Counted from the stretch's first letter, positions 15,225-29,666 are shown. The stretch: DNA of 64,000 nt from Chrysomallon squamiferum (GCA_012295275.1 CM022675.1:4836001-4900000); one strand, 5' to 3'. A program made the numbers and translations. The notes: generated by a model not told the origin, from the sequence alone.

Positions 15225-15680
15225 GAAAATTAGCTGGAAACACGTGTTTATGAAAACAGACTGGAAAAACACGTGTATGTGAAAATAAGCTGTGAATACG
15301 TCTACATGAAAATAAGCTGTGAATACGTCTACATAAAAATAAACTGTGAATACGTCTGCATGAAAATAAGCTGTGAATATGTCTACATGAAAATCAGCTT
15401 TGAAAACGTCTACAATGAAAATAAGCTGTGAATATGTCTACATGAAAATCAGCTTTGAAAACGTCTACATGAAAATAAGCTGTGAATACGTCTACATGAA
15501 AATAAGCTGAGAATACGTCTACATGAAAATAAGCTGTGAATATGTTTATATAAAAATAAGCCGTGAATACGTCTGCATGAAAATAAGTTGTAAATATGTC
15601 TACATGAAAATAAGCTGAGAATACGTCTACATGAAAATAAGCTATGGATATGAGTGTTTATATGAAAATTAGCTTGGAAT
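15225..15680. repeat. 27-bp minisatellite (GAAAATAAGCTGTGAATACGTCTACAT)n
   Basis: Tandem units visible; related arrays lie upstream of the other paralogs. Confidence 0.9.
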
Positions 15681-16187
15681 AGCCGTAAATATGAAAATAT
15701 GTTATGAAAATTGTGTTTCTGGAAAGAAGTTGAAATTATGTATGTGTCTAATGAAACTAACTTCGGAAGATGTGAAAATGAATTGGGAACAGATGTTGTA
15801 TGAAAATAAATCGAGCATGTTTTTGTTTTTCTGTGTGTCTGTACGTGGATGTGACTAGATGTGTGTATGTATACATATATGTATGTATTTATTTGTAACT
15901 GCATACATGCATGGAGTTGTGTATGGATTTATGCATGTATGGATTTATATATTGTGTATATATTATATACGTTATGTTTGTATACGTTACGTATATATAT
16001 TTGATTGTATATATCTATGTATGTATATATGCATGTTTGTAAGGATGCTTACATGCATGTATGTATTTATGTATTTGTGTATGTATGCCTTATATTTGAA
16101 TGTATGTTTGTATGTATTTATGTAATTCATACAACTTACATTAGTAAAAGCGACGTGTCACTTATAATTATACCAACACAAAACGAC

Positions 16188-16312
16188 AAACAGTGTATTC
16201 TGTAACCTAAGTACCCATTCACTCATTAACTTTTATTGTGAGGCTGCTAGCTGTCTGGGCTGAACCTTTCAGCTGACAAGTTTTACCTTCAGCACACTCG
16301 TGACCTGTTTTC
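16188..16312 (+). promoter_or_regulatory. Conserved proximal promoter/5'UTR block (copy B instance)
   Basis: cattcactca..ttattgtgaggctgctagctgtctgggctgaac..tcgtgacctg lies ~110-240 bp 5' of the ATG. It recurs at C (~27575-27680), D (~36910-37017), G (~53893-54012) and F (~63905-64000). Confidence 0.5.
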
Positions 16313-16424
16313 CTCTTTCAGTTAATATCTACTTCCTGAGCGATTTTACCAAAAAATGCTTTTATATCGTGTTGCATATGCAGTTTCGTAAATAATAGTA
16401 AAAAGGAGAAAACAAAAAGAAATA

Positions 16425-18474
16425 ATGAACTTAGTAACAGCAGTGATTGTATTAAAGATCTACAATCAGACAGCAGGTGCAGAAAGACTAAGTGAGTTTA
16501 TTACTTATTTAAATTAATTTTAATTTGTTTTTCAAGTCTTTTCAAAAATGTATAAGGCAAGCTAAAATTTTAAACTGTATTGAAGTGATACTTAGTGAAT
16601 GCTCGTATCAAATTTAATAATAACAGGAAAACAATAACAACATAGACAATAAGAACAGTAACAACACGAACGACAACAACAATAATAATATCAATAACAA
16701 CACCAAGATCAACAATAAAGAAACGAAATAAACAAACAACTATAATGATAGTGATTAAAATGAAATAGCTACATAGTGTAACAACAAAAAGATAATACAA
16801 TTTAACTTAGAGTTTCAACTTAAGATACATTGTCTTAACATACGGTAAAACATTAATTAATAACATAAAATAGCATGTTTTAACAGTATTTTTTAAAAAT
16901 AAACTCCTTACTATAAACGCAAAAGTACAGTATTATGTAATTATTTTAATATTTTGTTTTTATAATCCTTCAAATTCATTTAGCATTTTCAGTTTCGTAA
17001 CCTAACTTTATTCTGATACATTAAACCTCGCTGCTATTCAAATGGATCATCCAGTATATCGATATATTTTGACATCATATAAACAATCTCAGCGAAATAA
17101 AAATTAAGTATCTTAGCTTCATTTTGTTTGTCCTAATAAAAGGTTTTGTCACCCGAAAGTAGTACAAAAACATCATGAAAAATGTATAATAATACTAGCA
17201 ATAAAATTTAGATAACCCGTTCTAACGCTAACCCTAACCCTAATCCTAAACATAACCCTAACCCTAGCTCAGTTTCTAAAACTAATCCTAGACAAGTCAG
17301 GAACATTAATTCTTATAGTAAGGCTACTTGTAATTGTGACACTCATATTATATCCCAGAAAATCTTCACACTTGCAATACAATTTAGATAACCCTAATTC
17401 GAACGCTAACCCTAATCCTAACCCTAACAAACATCCTACCTCACCTTCTAAAACTAATTCTACACAAGTCTGCAACATTAATTCTTTTACTATGGCTACT
17501 TGTTATCGTGACACACATATTATTTCTGATGTAAACCATTTCACTTGTAATAAAATGTACAAGACACTAGGTCTAAGGCTAACCCTAACCCTAACCCTAA
17601 CTCTAACCCTAACCCTAGCTCAGTTTCAAAAATTAATCCTACACAAGTCAACAACATTAATTCTTGTACTAAGGCTAATTCTTATCACGACACACATATC
17701 ATTTCTTTGATGAGCATAACACTTCTAATAAAGTTTAGGTAACCCTAGTTCTATGGCTAACCCTAACCCTAAACCTAGCTCAGTTTCTAAAAGTAATCCT
17801 ACACAAGTCAGCAACATTAATTCTTGTACTAAGGCTAATTCTTATCACGACACACATATTATTTTTGAGATAAACATAACACCTGTAATAAAACTCATGT
17901 AAACCTTGTTCTATTTCTAACGCTAACGGTAACACTAACAGTAAACCTAACCCTAGGTCAGCATCGAGTTCTAAACCTGCTCAAGGCCTAAACATTAATT
18001 CTGATTCTAAGTCTACTTGCAATCTTCACACTCATATTGTTAGTCACATAAGCATAAAACTTGTAATAAAATTTACATAACCCTAGCTCTAAGGCTAATC
18101 CTAACCCTAACCCTAAGGCTAACCCTAACCCTAACCCTAAGGCTAAAACACTGAATTTAAAACAAAAAGTGTTAAATATATACTTGTTTTATGTTACGTG
18201 AATCACACACATACAAACTGGACACACAGACAGGTATACTTCTACTATTAAACTGTCACTGCGGCAACCACTGCTTCATCTTGTTCTACCACTATTACCA
18301 CTTCTACAACTACTACTACCACTGTTGTTCTTGTTCTTATTATTATGATTGTTCGTGTTATTGTTGTTGTTGTTGTGTTCATATCACAATAAAAATTACA
18401 AACTCATTTCCGCATACTTCTGAGATTTTTGTTGTTATTATTGTTATTTATTTATTTATTTGTTTATTATTATT

Positions 18475-18515
<41 letters not shown>

Positions 18516-18583
18516 TATTATTATTATTATTATTATTGTTATTATTATTATCATTATTATTATCATCATCATCATCATCATCA

Positions 18584-18647
<64 letters not shown>

Positions 18648-21600
18648 TTTGTTTATTTATTAATTTATTTGTTTTGTGTTTTGTAGGGAAAGCAGTGTTG
18701 CTGTAAAATCTCTGACACAGCAAGTCCTGTGAAGTCAACTAGAAAACGAGTTCGATGTGCAAGGACATATGAAGAATACTGCGGAGGACGAAATGAAATT
18801 TCTGTTTATAGAACAGGTGAGACTAATAACTTTAGCATGTTTTTAAATATTTATTTTTTTTATATTATTTTACTAACATCAGTAAAACAAAGAAAAGTGT
18901 GAATGTATGAACAAACGGATGAATGAATGAACGAATGAATGCACTGATGCAGAGATAATTATAATAATATATAAATTACTTCATTACAGATGTTCCGTCT
19001 TCAGTTAAAATCGACGACAGCGCTGACGGAATCAATCGCTGCGGCTACGTCAAACTCAATTCTGACAATTTTACAATTGGTTTTCAAAACTGTGACAGCT
19101 ACAGAACATACACACTTTATACAGGTAATAGTTTTAACAAAGTTCAATTAAATAAATAAATAATAAGATCATGATGATGATTGCTACTATTATTATATTT
19201 ATTATTATTATTATTATTATTGTTGTTGTTGTTGTTGTTGTTATTATTATTATTATTAATGAAGAAAGATGTAGTCCAAAAATTAAATAAAATGAAATAT
19301 TCGTTCATTATAACATCATATTCAATATCTCTTTTTAGGTTACTGTGATTCTGAAACTTGTATTTCACAGCGGAGGATGTCATGGAACTATGCAAGCAGA
19401 CATTTTGACATGTTTAAAGTAAGCAGCAGTACAGTCTCATCACTGCAGAATCTGCTACAAACAAATCTTTACTACTGGATTGGACTCAACAGAGATGTCA
19501 GATGGCTGTGGATTGATGGTAAATTATAGGCAGAAATGTGTATACGTGTTGTGTTGTGAGAATTTGTGTGGATGTATGAGTTTGTTTCTTAATGTTAGTT
19601 ATATTAATTTTTTTCATGTTGTTGATAATCTTTATTTAATTGATGTTCGTGTTGCTGCTTAAAGCGACAAAGAATAGATATTCAGTATTTGTTGTTACTT
19701 CTTCCTCTGTGTAAAACAAAATTCTAACATACTTGTTTTTAAATCTTGCAGGTAGTGTGGCATCCTTTCAGAAACCAGTTTCAGGAGTTGATCTTAAAAG
19801 GATGGTATGGTTTACTAAAAATAACAAATTATATTACAATTACAAATCAGACCAAACAAATCCAGCTATTTGTCAGAAATGTAAGCATAAAACAACACAG
19901 TAAAACAAATTGTTAAAAAGTCGATTTGTTTAATTAATAAGAATTATAGAAAAAGAGACCCATATACAAATATGTATATCTCTAGGTTAGTGTTTTTATG
20001 TTTGTATGTGTATATTTTGTATATATAACTGTATGTAGTATACACGTATTATGGCATATATATTTGTGTATGTATGTATGTATGTATGTATGTATGTTAT
20101 GAAATAATAAATCTTCTAATTTCAAAACCAGTTATCTATAATTTGTAATATAATACTCTACTACTATTGCTACTACTACTAATAATAATAGTAATAATAA
20201 TAAGAAGAATCAAATTAAAAGAAGACATACAAACTTTTTTGATAAAAAAATAAATAAATAAAGTCTTCTAGAGTCAATTATTTTGTATATTTATAGATAA
20301 TGTAACTACACCAGGGGAGATAATTCCAACAAAACAGTCCATTGAGACACAACATCCATCAAACAAGTCAGGTTAGTTTTAATTTTACTATTTTGTTTTT
20401 AACTTAACAGATTTATTTGACTAAATTTAATTTACTAGATATATTTGACTAGATTTTATATATTTGTTTTATGATTTATTTATTTACTTGTTTTTTTATT
20501 AGATTTAATTTTCTAGTTTTTAATGTACTAGATTTATGTACAACTTTTACTAAATGTAATTCTTAATTTTAATTTCTTACATTTATTTACTACTTTTAAT
20601 TCCCTAAATTTATTGTATTGATTTTATGACTAGTATTCATTTACTAGATTTGTTTAAGTTAATTAAGATTATTTTTTTTTATTTTTATACCCAGTTTCTG
20701 TGTGCTAGATGACTTATTTAATTTACAAGGATTATTTTAATTTACTAACTCTGCTTTGCTAGCTTTGTGTTAATTTACTAGATTTATTCTGCTAATCTTA
20801 TTAAAATTAATTACATATATTTTCATTCTTAGTTTTCTTTTATTTATTCTTTAATTTTTCCTCTTTTTCTTAACTTAGTCATTTATTTTATGTGTTAAAA
20901 TTACTAAAATGATTTCAGTAATAAGTGAAAAAAATAATAAAAATAAAATATATAGATACATACATACATACACACACATATACACACATACAAACATTTA
21001 CATAGTTAATTGTTCTTAGGTTAAATTCAATGTTATTATATGATTATTTTCAGCATCTGTTGGTGGTGGTGTCGCTGCTGTTGTACTGGTTTTGGTCTTC
21101 ATTGTTGTCGTTGTAGTCTGGTCTAGACGGTGAGAATTTGCTGTTACAAATCATCAAATAAAATAATGTGATTGATGAACGAGAAAAACAGAAAATAAAT
21201 AACATTAAATATGAAAGTAAAAATAGAGAAGGTAAACCAATGAATGAATGAAACAGACGGAAAAGTTATGTGTTCTTGATTATGTTTGTTACAAAAGCTC
21301 AAACAAAAGAAAGATAAGAGACAGAAAGATATAAACGAAAGAAAAAATATATATATATGAACGAAAGATAGAAAGACAAGAAAGATTTAAAAATGACATC
21401 AATAAAAGAAAGAGAAAAAGGTATGAAAGTATAACAAGAACATGAATGAAAGAAAGAAAGAAAGAAAGAAAGGTATGAAACAAAGGAAAAGATTAATTTG
21501 AAATTTAAAATAGTTTTTCCTTTGAATTATCAATCGTCACGACAGAAACTCGTATAATAAAACTAATTTAGTATTTCACAGTTTAAATTTAAAAAATGTC

Positions 21601-21929
21601 TTCATTTTTCAGAACACGTCGCTTTTGTTTTAAAATAAGGAAATTAACAGAATCAAGAATTAATTTTAACAAAAGAAACAACGAAATCAGCTCTACTGAA
21701 CATTTACAACGTGGTCACATAAATCCTACTTATGAGATAACAACGACATCGACGTCGGCAGATTATGAATTTGAATCAGAAAATCAAGGAAACCACAGTG
21801 TTTACTACAACGTCCCAAACGGAGTTACTGTCAACATGGAAAACAGAAATGATAACGACTACGACATCGCAGAGGTTAAAGCACTTCCCATTAACAGATC
21901 TACTGCTGACGACAATGATGGAGATTACG
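16425..21929 (+). pseudogene. Receptor copy B (CTLD/WSC type-I receptor family); exons 2-3 missing, 3' end runs into the gap
   Basis: E1 16425-16491 MNLVTAVIVLKIYNQTAGAERL; E4 18687-18816 GKQCCCKI..CARTYEEYCGGRNEISVYRT; E5 18990-19124; E6 19339-19518 ..MSWNYA..YWIGLNRDVRWLWID; E7 19752-19880; E8 20297-20371; E9 21054-21129 SVGGGVAAVVLVLVFIVVVVVWSRR; E10 21613-gap. All splice sites GT-AG. E1 to E4 is out of phase; E1 to E5 is in phase. Confidence 0.75.
17200..18146 (+). repeat. ~160-180 bp satellite with embedded (CTAACC)n telomere-like tracts
   Basis: Units start aataaaatttagataacc-like at ~17200, 17376, 17548, 17727, 17887 and 18065. Each contains ctaaccctaaccct plus a gctcagtttctaaaactaatcctacacaagtc-like core. 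Confidence 0.85.
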
Positions 21930-22129
21930 NNNNNNNNNNNNNNNNNNNNNNNNNNNNNNNNNNNNNNNNNNNNNNNNNNNNNNNNNNNNNNNNNNNNNNN
22001 NNNNNNNNNNNNNNNNNNNNNNNNNNNNNNNNNNNNNNNNNNNNNNNNNNNNNNNNNNNNNNNNNNNNNNNNNNNNNNNNNNNNNNNNNNNNNNNNNNNN
22101 NNNNNNNNNNNNNNNNNNNNNNNNNNNNN
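21930..22129. other. Assembly gap (200 N)
   Basis: Run of N; round length typical of a scaffolding spacer. Confidence 0.99.
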
Positions 22130-22214
22130 AAATAATTATAGTATTTTATTATTATTATTTTACACGTAACATCTGTTTGATTACGAAGAAACTAATAAAT
22201 ACTAACAAACTAAC

Positions 22215-22617
22215 CTGGTATGTTTTGTCTGTTGTCAGCCTGTGCGCTGCTTTTAGGTGGAGTTATGTCCCTTTGTTTGACTGAGAAGTTGACACTGGAC
22301 TCTTGTTCTCTGTAGTAAACTGTGCTAACTCTTTCTCAGGCGCTGAAGTCATCGAATTTGGGTTTTTTCGTGTTTGTTGTAGTAGTTGAGGATTCTGCAG
22401 TTGTTGACGATGCCTTTGCTGTAGATTTTGTGTTTTTATCTGCAATAAAGTTAAGCAAGTCAGAATCTAAACGGGAGAGATGTCCATATAACAAGAATAA
22501 TGAAGAAAGAACTGAGTAAAAAATGAAAAAAGAGAAAAATATGTTACGAAGAAATGGAGGATGAAGAAAAACAATTACAAAACTAGAACAACAACAACAA
22601 CAACAACACTAACAATC

Positions 22618-22693
<76 letters not shown>

Positions 22694-24918
22694 TAATTAA
22701 TTGTTTATAATTGCTTATAGGTTTTCTAGTGGAGATGTAGAGTAATGAACAGTTATTTGTTTGTTTGTTTGTTTATTGTTTGAATGTACACGATACTCAC
22801 ACTTTTGACATGCCACACTGTGGTTCACATCTGATGAAGAAACATGCCACTTCATTTTATATCCCCAATAACGTGATTCTTTTTTCAGTACAAAGCTTTC
22901 CTGTTTTTCCTTATTGGAATAATCGGAATCTACCGAAAACTCTTCACCTGTATATGAAATCAAATTATTTTCTGATTAAAAAGACGTATACATCAACATT
23001 TCAAAATTAAAACAACTACTACCACACCACTGCTGTCACTTCAAATCAGACGTCACAGATTCTTCTGATATTACTAACACAACTGTATACTACTGCGTAC
23101 ACAACACATACAGACACAGACACATATACATATACGCATACTTACACAAATAGAAACACAGATACACACACAGATCCATAAACACATCACACATACACAC
23201 ATACATATACACATATATACACACATACATACATATAAACACACACACACAGAGACACACACACATATATATACACACATATAGACACACATACAGACAC
23301 ACATAGATACACACATACAAACACACATGCAGGCACACAACCATTATACACATAGAGACACATATACAGTCATTCATATAGACACACATACCGACACATA
23401 CACATACAGACACATACATACATACATATACATACACAGACACACATACAGACACACCTATACACACAAACAAACACACATACCGTCACACACAGATACA
23501 CACATACAGGCACACATACAGACACACATATAGATACACATACGTGCGGGTGAACGTGTGTCAAACGTTCGAGTCTCGTCAGCGGCATCTGACGGGTTTG
23601 TGAGGTCGTGATTGGAGTGCATTCCCGAATATTGTCTATGTGCAGAGTCTATTCAGACGTGCATAAGACAGAGAATATTCAAAATCCTAAACTACATACA
23701 CACAGACAAACACGGACACGCATACATACACACGTACAGACACATACATACAGACACAAATATATACACACATATAGACACAAATACTTAAACACATACA
23801 TATACACATAAACACGCATACAGACATACCTACACACACTCATACAGACACACATACATGTTAGTTCATTCACTGGTTGTAACCGACCTATTCCCTCTTT
23901 GATAAAACTATTCTGGCTTCAAAAGGTTACATTTCAAATACTGTCTTCATCGGACCAGTACTTCAGGATATAACAGCCAGCGAAATCTGACATGTTTGGA
24001 CAATATTGACAATATGGTCCTTAGAGCACAAGATTTCAGCAACAATTTGACCGATGTTTATAAAGTCAGATATTTAGCCAAGGATCATGCCCATAACAGT
24101 TTGAGATTTTGATTAACACTGGGAGGGTTAGGAAATTTACCAGAATTATAGCCTAGGATATCAATGCCTATGTGACCAAAAAAAATATAATATTAAATAA
24201 AATAATATAATATAATATAATATAATATAATATAATATAATATAATATAATATAATATAATATAATATAATATAATATAATATAATATAATATAATATAA
24301 TATAATATAATATAACATCAGAGATATAATATTCCTAATAAGTCAGCAATACAAAATTAAAATATGAATACATACATACATACATACATACATACACACA
24401 TACACACATATACATATACACATAAATACAATACATACATTACATTCGTAAATACAAATATTTGTTAGATATAATTTTATTTGTAAGAAAAAATTAATAA
24501 ATTAATTAATTAATAACACGATGTAATAATTTTATTACCGTCGATCCATCGCCATTCAGACTTTCTCTGCAGACCCACCCAGTATTTGCTTTGTTCTCGC
24601 TGTGACAGTAGAGTTGTCAAGTCTGACACTGAACTGTTTTTTACTTTGGCTCAGATCACACCAAAACGAGGGTAACAAAGACCATTTTGTAATACATATT
24701 TCTGACGTACATTTTAATCTTAGCAACTTCACTTTGTAATTATCTAAAATAAATAAAAATAATCAGCACTGTTTAACAAGAGCAGCAGCAGCAGCAGCAA
24801 CAACAACAACAACAACAATAATAATAATAACTACAATAACAACAACAAAAATTAAACGCAATAACAATAATAATAATAACAATATAAAAAATGTATGGTA
24901 GTAGCAAATAACAACAAT

Positions 24919-24959
<41 letters not shown>

Positions 24960-25826
24960 TGGTAATAATAATAGTAATAATAACGACAACAACAATTATT
25001 ACTATTATTACTATTATTACTACTATAAATACTACTATTGCTCTTAATACTGCTATTATTATTGTTGTTGTTGTTGTATTTCTTATTGTTAGTGTTATTA
25101 TTATTTTAATGTTTTGAAAAATTTTGTAAAGCAACTTACAAAGACACACACTGTTTTCATAATTTTCACAGCCTTGAAATCCCAGTTCTAAAACTTTCGA
25201 GATTTTATTGTATTTGACGTAGCCACAGTTGCTGTTGACAGCAACGTTGGCAATGACTTTCACCGAAGCTGGTAAATCTGCAACAGACAGATAATAAATG
25301 ATGATCAACAGAAGACTCTGGTTCCAATCTTCTCCTAGAGAATTAGTTATTTTATAATCATCAGTAAAGGGAATATTTCTTATCATTACATATATAAAGT
25401 TAGACATACACACACATAAACGCGCACATGCATATATCACTAAATATTAAATTAGTACACAAATACACACTTGGTAAATCATGATCTTTTTTGCGCCACC
25501 CCTTAAATAATCTTAAACAGGTACACTACATAAAACATTTTGTATTTTAAAATACTGTACACTTAAAATATAATTAGTTATTTATAAAAATAACAATGTT
25601 TTTATTATTAACTACAATTCTGAAAACGTTCATTTCGACTCTTACCAATCTTGTACACAGAAATAAAGTTTTCTCCACCACAGAATTCTGTGTAGCTTCC
25701 TGCACATCTGACACAATCTTCTCTCTTACTTAGTCCACTGTCAGCAATTTTACAAAAACAACGTCTACCCTGAAAACAAAACAACTTTCTTGTTATTTCT
25801 TCTTGTTGTTGCTGTTGTTGTTGTTA

Positions 25827-25894
<68 letters not shown>

Positions 25895-27098
25895 GTTATT
25901 TTTTGTTTTTTTGTTATTATTATTGTTGTTGTTGTTGTTGTCGTTGTTGCTGTTGTCATTATTCCGCTTCTTCTTCTTCTTCTTGTTAATATGATTAGTA
26001 TTAATAGTAGTAGTAGAAGTAGTAGTAGTTGTTGTTGTTGTGTTATTATCTTTATTGTTCTTGTCGACATTTAAAAAAAATTAGAAAATCAGAAAACAAT
26101 AAAAAAAAAATTATTTAAATAAATAAATAAACAAACATGCAAAAAGTAAGTAAAATAAAATAAATGGCAGACAGACAAACTTACTTGTAGACCCACAGTA
26201 TCAGAAGAAGCTCTACACTTGATGAAACAAGAGCATGCGCTGTTATCTTGTAACCTGTAATCACTTGTAAGTTCAGTTGTATCTGTTTCTCCTTTGTGTT
26301 GAAATAACGGTTCATTTGTCTCTGAGAAAGTGACAACAATTTAAAACTGTATTTTGTTACTGAACTGAGATTTACAAACACAAAATGAAACCAGTAAATT
26401 ATACCTACCAGTCCACATCCACGGTGTATACGTCTCAAAAGCTCCTACCCAATAGTCTGTGTTGTAGTTCATTACAGAAACAAGTTTGTTCTTGTCTAAA
26501 CCAGAATGATGAACAACGAGTCTGCCTCCTGCCTCCTCACAGCCAGAATACGCTGCCTCCCACCAAGTTTGTTTTTTATCCAGTGTAAAATATTCTTCTA
26601 ACATTTCTTCTTGTTTTCTGTCAGACCACGGACCTGTGTTCATTTATTAATTATTTATCTGAATGATAAACTTGCTTTATGTTGCAAAAATATACGTTAT
26701 GTCTTATTGTAATTATATGTGATATTGCTACGTTATTATTTTTGTTATAATTATGTTATGTTATTTTATGTTATTTTATATATAATGTTGCTGTAGGTAT
26801 TATGATATTTTATGTAGTTTTGCGTTTACAGTAAGTAGTTTATTTTTAAAAGATATTATGTTAAAACATGCTAGTTTATGTTATTATTCAATGTTTACCT
26901 GTTATATTAAAACTCTCAGTTCAACTGTTTTATCTCTTGTTGTTACGCTATGTAGTTAGCTCATTATCACAACTATCATTATTGTTGTTTGATGTTGTCA
27001 TTATTATTCTTGTTGTTGATGTTCTTACATTTATTATTGTTCTTGTTATTGTCGAAGTTGCTGTTGTTGCTTTTGTTGTTGTTGTTGTTGTTATTGTT

Positions 27099-27159
<61 letters not shown>

Positions 27160-27464
27160 TATGATACGAGGATTTCATGTTAAACATTTTCAAACATTCA
27201 GTAGACATTATTCTAAAATGAATTATGTTTCTGTACCATAAAATATAAACACCATAATCACATTTCTAAAATACCAATTAATCAATAAATAAAACTTAAG
27301 TAAAACTGAAATTTTTCGCTTGTCCCCTTGTCTTATGCATATCAGAAAAAACTTGAAGTACAACGAATAAATTAATTTAAATAAATAAAAAACTTACTTA
27401 GTCTTCCTGCACGTATTCCCTGATTGTAGATCGTTAACATAATCACTGCTGTTACTAAATTCAT
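22215..27464 (-). pseudogene. Receptor copy C, exons 1-8 (TM and tail presumably in the gap); frameshifts in exons 6 and 8
   Basis: E1 27464-27398 MNLVTAVIMLTIYNQGIRAGRL; E2 26633-26409 ..QTWWEAAYSGCEEAGGRL..YWVGAFETYTPWMWT; E3 26321-26185 ..CSCFIKCRASSDTVGLQ; E4 25769-25646 GRRCFCKI..CVRCAGSYTEFCGGENFISVYK; E5 25277-25140 ..NCGYVKY..GFQGCENYENSVCL; E6 24743-24539 (205 nt, +1); E7 22947-22801; E8 22439-22215 (in-frame TGA). Confidence 0.8.
24195..24315. repeat. (TATAA)n pentamer microsatellite
   Basis: Directly visible; inverted copy at ~50883-50985. Confidence 0.95.
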
Positions 27465-27979
27465 TATTTCTTTTTCTCTTTATTTTTATTTACGAAAGAT
27501 CTTACGCAAGGCGATATAAAACTGAGTTTTGATAAAACGAACCAGGAAGATGTTATTAAGAGGAAGTAAAATAAAAACAGGTCACGAGTCTCTTACAGAT
27601 AGAACTGTCAGCTAAACACAAACAGCTAGCAGCCTCACAATGAGTCAGTAAGTGGGTTCTTAGGTCACACAATTCATTGTTTGTAATTTTCTGTTTGTAT
27701 AATTATAAGCGATGCGTTGTTTTACTAATGTATTAATCTGAACAATAGCTTATTTTAGTAATACTATGTGCATGCATTTATATGTCTCCGTCTTTTTATA
27801 TACATACATTTTTATATACGTTTTTTTATGAACATAATTAATACATGCATGCATACATACAAAAATAGATACTTATATACGCATGCATAAACAAATAAAT
27901 ACATACACACATACGTACGTACGTACGTGCACATACATGCTTACATACACACATCTAGACACACCACATACAAACACAG

Positions 27980-28510
27980 CTAATTCTCACATACAGAGAT
28001 ATTCACAGCATATTTTTATATGAACGTATTCACATACAGAGATATTCACAGCTTAATTTTATATGAACGTATTCACATGTAATTTTCACATACACAGATA
28101 TTCACACCTTATTTTTGTATGAACATATTAACATTTAATTTTCAAATACACAGATATTCACAGCTTATTTTTATATGAACGTATTCAGAGCTTATTTTTA
28201 TATAAACGTATTCACAGCTTATTTTCAAATACACAGATATTCACAGCTAATTTTCAAATACAGAGATATTAACAACTTGTTTGTATATGAACGTATTCAA
28301 AGCTTATTTTTATATAAACGTATTCACAGCTTATTTTAAAATACACAGATATTCACAGCTTATTTTTATATGAACGTATTCGCAGCTAATTATCAAATAC
28401 ACAGCTATTCGCAATTTATTTTATTAAGAACGTATTCACAGCCTATTTTCAAATACACAGATATTCACAGCTTATTTTTATTTGAACGTATTCACAGCTA
28501 ATTTTCAGGA
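27980..28510. repeat. 27-bp minisatellite upstream of copy C
   Basis: (GAACGTATTCACAGCTTATTTTTATAT)-like units, related to the reverse complement of the 15225 array. Confidence 0.85.
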
Positions 28511-29666
28511 TGACCACGTAAGATTACTGAGATAACAGACACTATTAGATTAAAAACCAGTGTTTACTTCATTTCTTTGCAAAACTGATAAATACAAGAA
28601 TTTCTGTATATTAACAAAAAACAACCTTTGTACTGTCACATTTGTTTAAAACAATTAATATTAAGTTTGTAAATTTCAAGCATTGGTGTATATTATAAAA
28701 AATATTTTATCAACTAAAATGCGATGTTTCAAGATCTATGAAATATAGATAATGGAAAGCAGTTGTTTTCTTACAGAATGACTTTGAAACATAAAAATCT
28801 GGGTGGGGTATTACCTGGGACAGAGATTACACAAGTAGTATATCTCAGTTTTATAACACTCAGTCATACAGAGAATGCTAATACTAATTAAACAAACAGC
28901 TATAATTAATTTAGATTATCTTCACAGCTGCTACGTTCTACCTGTAATGTAGTTTATGTATTTTTAAAATTCTTTGTCGTACAGGTAAATACAAATAATC
29001 TTTGTCTGCAGATAAATTCTTTAAATTCATTCAGTTTCAAATTCTGCTTTTCTGTTCTGTGATTTTCATTTGAAGATTGTTTATAACAAAATAAAGTTGC
29101 TTGTATTGTTTATGTTTATTAATTACAGTCACTCTTCAAACAACAGACTTACTTGTTTCACTTTGTTAAACTAGAAACCAGGTAGTAATAACATAAGAAC
29201 GTGTTTTGTCACATTTTTGTACTCACCACGTTTTATTACTAAATTTATGATAAATAATATATTGCAAAATCTCACTAGAAACTTGTCATTTGTATTAAAA
29301 TTTCAATTTTACATATTTTTGGTTTTTAAGTTGACTTTATCTATTTATTTAGTTATATCCTGTGACATTATCATTAAATCTCCTTCATTTTAACACAAAA
29401 CGTGTTTGTATTCAATTTGTAGGTCAGTGTACATTAGGCCACACGTTTTGTATCAGTTTAATTACGAAAAAGGTTTCACTCAAATTCAGGGTGTATATGT
29501 GTGTGTCACATATAGAAATAAAATTTGTCAGGTTTTCACTGTATATTATCTCCTGAGTGTTATTATCACATTTTATCTTTCTTGTTCTTTCTTTTTCCCT
29601 CCCATTGTTATTAATATCACTAATACATTGTTATTGTTATCATCACCATCATCATCATCATCATCT

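Noticed and set aside
15449-15904. 151-aa ORF with repeated LFSCRRI
   Set aside because: Translation of the 27-bp minisatellite.
17200-18146. True telomere or chromosome fusion site
   Set aside because: TTAGGG tracts are short and embedded in a longer satellite unit, with no head-to-head array.
21596-22169. ORFs extending through the X run
   Set aside because: Artefact of the N gap.
23870-24170. Coding-looking island in intron 6 of copy C (mirror at 50990-51300)
   Set aside because: The frames I read contain stops, the two copies differ by indels, and I recognise no motif. Probably a decayed repeat.
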